Positions 62,181 through 64,000 of a stretch of DNA of 64,000 nucleotides are shown here, in pieces. The notes beneath the pieces were generated by a model. That model did not search any database and was not told where the DNA came from. It saw nothing but the letters and a program-made list of their open reading frames with translations. The stretch comes from the human T2T-CHM13v2.0 reference genome, Homo sapiens, in the NCBI RefSeq assembly GCF_009914755.1, contig NC_060937.1; one strand, written 5' to 3'. The translations under genes and the position numbers were made by a program. Every line of letters begins with the position of its first letter. Positions within the stretch are counted from its first letter, which is position 1.

Positions 62181-64000
62181 TACCAAATTACCCCAAATAT
62201 ATATTATATACTGTACATGAAATATCAAAGTTCACAAACTATATATTATATACTGTACATAAAATATGAAAGTACCGAAGGTATATATTCTATACTCTAC
62301 AAAAAATATCAAAGTACCCAAAGCATGTATTATATACGATACATAAAATATGGAAGTACATCAAATATATATTTAATTCTGTACATAAAATATCAAAGTA
62401 CACCAAATATATATTCTATAGTGTACATAAAATATCAAAGTACCCAAACTATACATTATATACTGTACATAAAATATGAAATTACGTCAAATATATATTA
62501 TATTATGTACATAAAATATGAAAGTACATCAAATATAGATTATATACTGTACATAAAATACCAAAGTACACCAAATATATATTTTATACTGTACATGAAA
62601 TATCAAAGTTCACAAACTACATATTATATACTGTAGATAAAATATCAAAGTACCCAAGGTATATATTCTATACTGTACAAAAAATATCAAAGTACCCAAA
62701 GCATGTATTATATACTGTACATAAAATATGAAAGTACATCAAATATAGATTTTATTCTGTACATAAAATATCAAAGTACACTAAATATATATTCTATAGT
62801 GTACATAAAATATCAAACTACCCAAACTATACATTATATACTGTACATAAAGTATGAAATTACATCAAATATATATTATATTAGGTACATAAAATATGAA
62901 AGTACATCAAATATAAATTATATACTGTACATAAAATATCAAAGTACCCCCAATATATATTATATACTGTACATACAATATCAAAGTTCAAAAACTATAT
63001 ATTATATACTGTACATAAAATATCAAAGTACACAAGGTATATATTCTATACTGTACAAAAAATATCAAAGTATCCAAAACATGTATTATATACTGTTCAT
63101 AAAATATCAAAGTACATCAAATATATATTTTATTCTGTACATAAAATATCAAAGTACACCATATATATATTCTATAGTGTACATAAAATATCAAAGTACC
63201 CAAACTATACATTATATACTGTACATAAAGTATGAAATTACATCAAATATATATTATATTAGGTACATAAAATATGAAAGTACATCAAGTATAGATTATA
63301 TACTGTACATAAAATATCAAAGTACCCCAAATATATATTATATACTGTACATGAAATATCAAAGTTCACAAACTATATATTATATACTGTAAATAAAATA
63401 TCAAAGTACCCAAGGTATATATTCTATACTGTACAAAAAATATCAAAGTACCCAAAGCATGTATTATATACTGTACATAAAATATGAAAGTACATCAAAT
63501 ATATATTTAATTCTGTACATAAAATATCAAAGTACACCAAATATATATTCTATAGTGTACATAAAATATCAAATTACCCAAACTATACATTATATACTGT
63601 ACATAAAATATGAAATTACATCAAATATATATTATATTAGGTACATAAAATATGAAAGTACATCAAATATAAATTATATACTGTACATAATATATCAAAG
63701 TACCTCAAATATATATTATATACTGTACATGAAATATCAAAGTTCACAAACTATATATTATATACTGTACATAAAATATCAAAGTACCCAAGGTATATAT
63801 TCTATACTGTACAAAAAATATCAAAGTACCCAAAGCATGTATTATATACTGTACATAAAATATGAAAGTACATCAAATATATATTTTATTCTGTACATAA
63901 AATATCAAAGTACACCAAATATATATTCTATAGTGTACATAAAATATCAAAGTACCCAAACTATACATTATATACTGTACATAAAATATGAAATTACATC

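Larger units (their letters stand above)
1..64000 (+). repeat. Human satellite 1A (HSat1A / classical satellite I / SAR) tandem array, 42-bp monomer, about 1,520 monomers, single orientation
   Basis: Continuous 42-bp periodicity, e.g. acataaaatatcaaagt|acccaaactatacattatatactgt (17+25 bp, split at GT^AC RsaI sites). This is the classical satellite I A/B unit structure. The sequence is very AT-rich, almost free of CpG, and has no unique sequence anywhere in the window. Confidence 0.96.
47271..64000 (+). repeat. N-type HOR domain 3 (includes 377-bp HORs and the ttagttac variant)
   Basis: No acaccagat or aaataacaaag after about 47200. cccaaacatg (1-bp deletion) and tattagttac variants are restricted to this domain. 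Confidence 0.8.

Noticed and set aside
75-63392. Long + strand ORFs (up to 622 aa) as protein-coding genes
   Set aside because: They are pure translations of a 42-bp repeat. Starts and stops follow satellite SNPs and indels, and there is no domain, unique sequence or gene structure.
1-64000. CRISPR array or other repeat-spacer system
   Set aside because: The variable parts are nine fixed homologous monomers cycling in order, not unique spacers. There are no cas genes or leader.
1-64000. Alpha satellite, HSat1B, HSat2/3 or telomeric repeat
   Set aside because: There is no 171-bp period or CENP-B box, no Alu-derived ~2.4-kb unit and no CATTC repeats. ttagg occurs singly once per HOR, never as TTAGGG arrays.
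1-64000. Inversions or transposon insertions within the array
   Set aside because: Every part reads in the same orientation and monomer phase, and no foreign sequence was seen.
1-64000. TATA-box promoters, terminators or hairpins from TATA/TGTACA palindromes
   Set aside because: These are short motifs inherent to an AT-rich monomer, with no position-specific support.
1-64000. Assignment to a specific chromosome or species
   Set aside because: HSat1A occurs on several human chromosomes and in related apes. Assignment requires a k-mer or alignment search that I cannot run.

Overview
The whole 64 kb window is one uninterrupted, single-orientation, very AT-rich tandem satellite array. The monomer is 42 bp: a 17-bp ACATAAAATAT(C/G)AAAGT part plus a 25-bp ACCCAAACTATACATTATATACTGT-like part, separated by GTAC/RsaI sites. 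Monomers are organised as a 378-bp 9-mer higher-order repeat (HOR). This matches classical human satellite I / HSat1A (RepBase SAR) of human or great-ape pericentromeric and acrocentric heterochromatin; the chromosome cannot be assigned from the sequence. I found no genes, RNA genes, transposon insertions, inversions or CRISPR arrays. All ORFs arise because 42 is a multiple of 3 and one + frame of the consensus has no stop codon. The informative structure is internal. Two HOR haplotype families ('N-type' acaccAaat and 'D-type' acaccAGat with a 5-bp-deleted 373-bp HOR) form alternating domains, with a sharp junction near 47.3 kb. There are nested near-identical duplications (offsets 14,915/16,679/16,889; 1,764; 5,250/4,499/4,872; 8,034; 3,814; 2,238 and others), structural HOR variants (4- to 10-mers, 373 and 377 bp) and an emerging 751-bp dimeric HOR. 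The most speculative observation is that a + strand transcript would carry a canonical Pumilio response element (UGUANAUA) in about 6 of every 9 monomers. All alignments were done by eye using the ORF track, so block ends are approximate.
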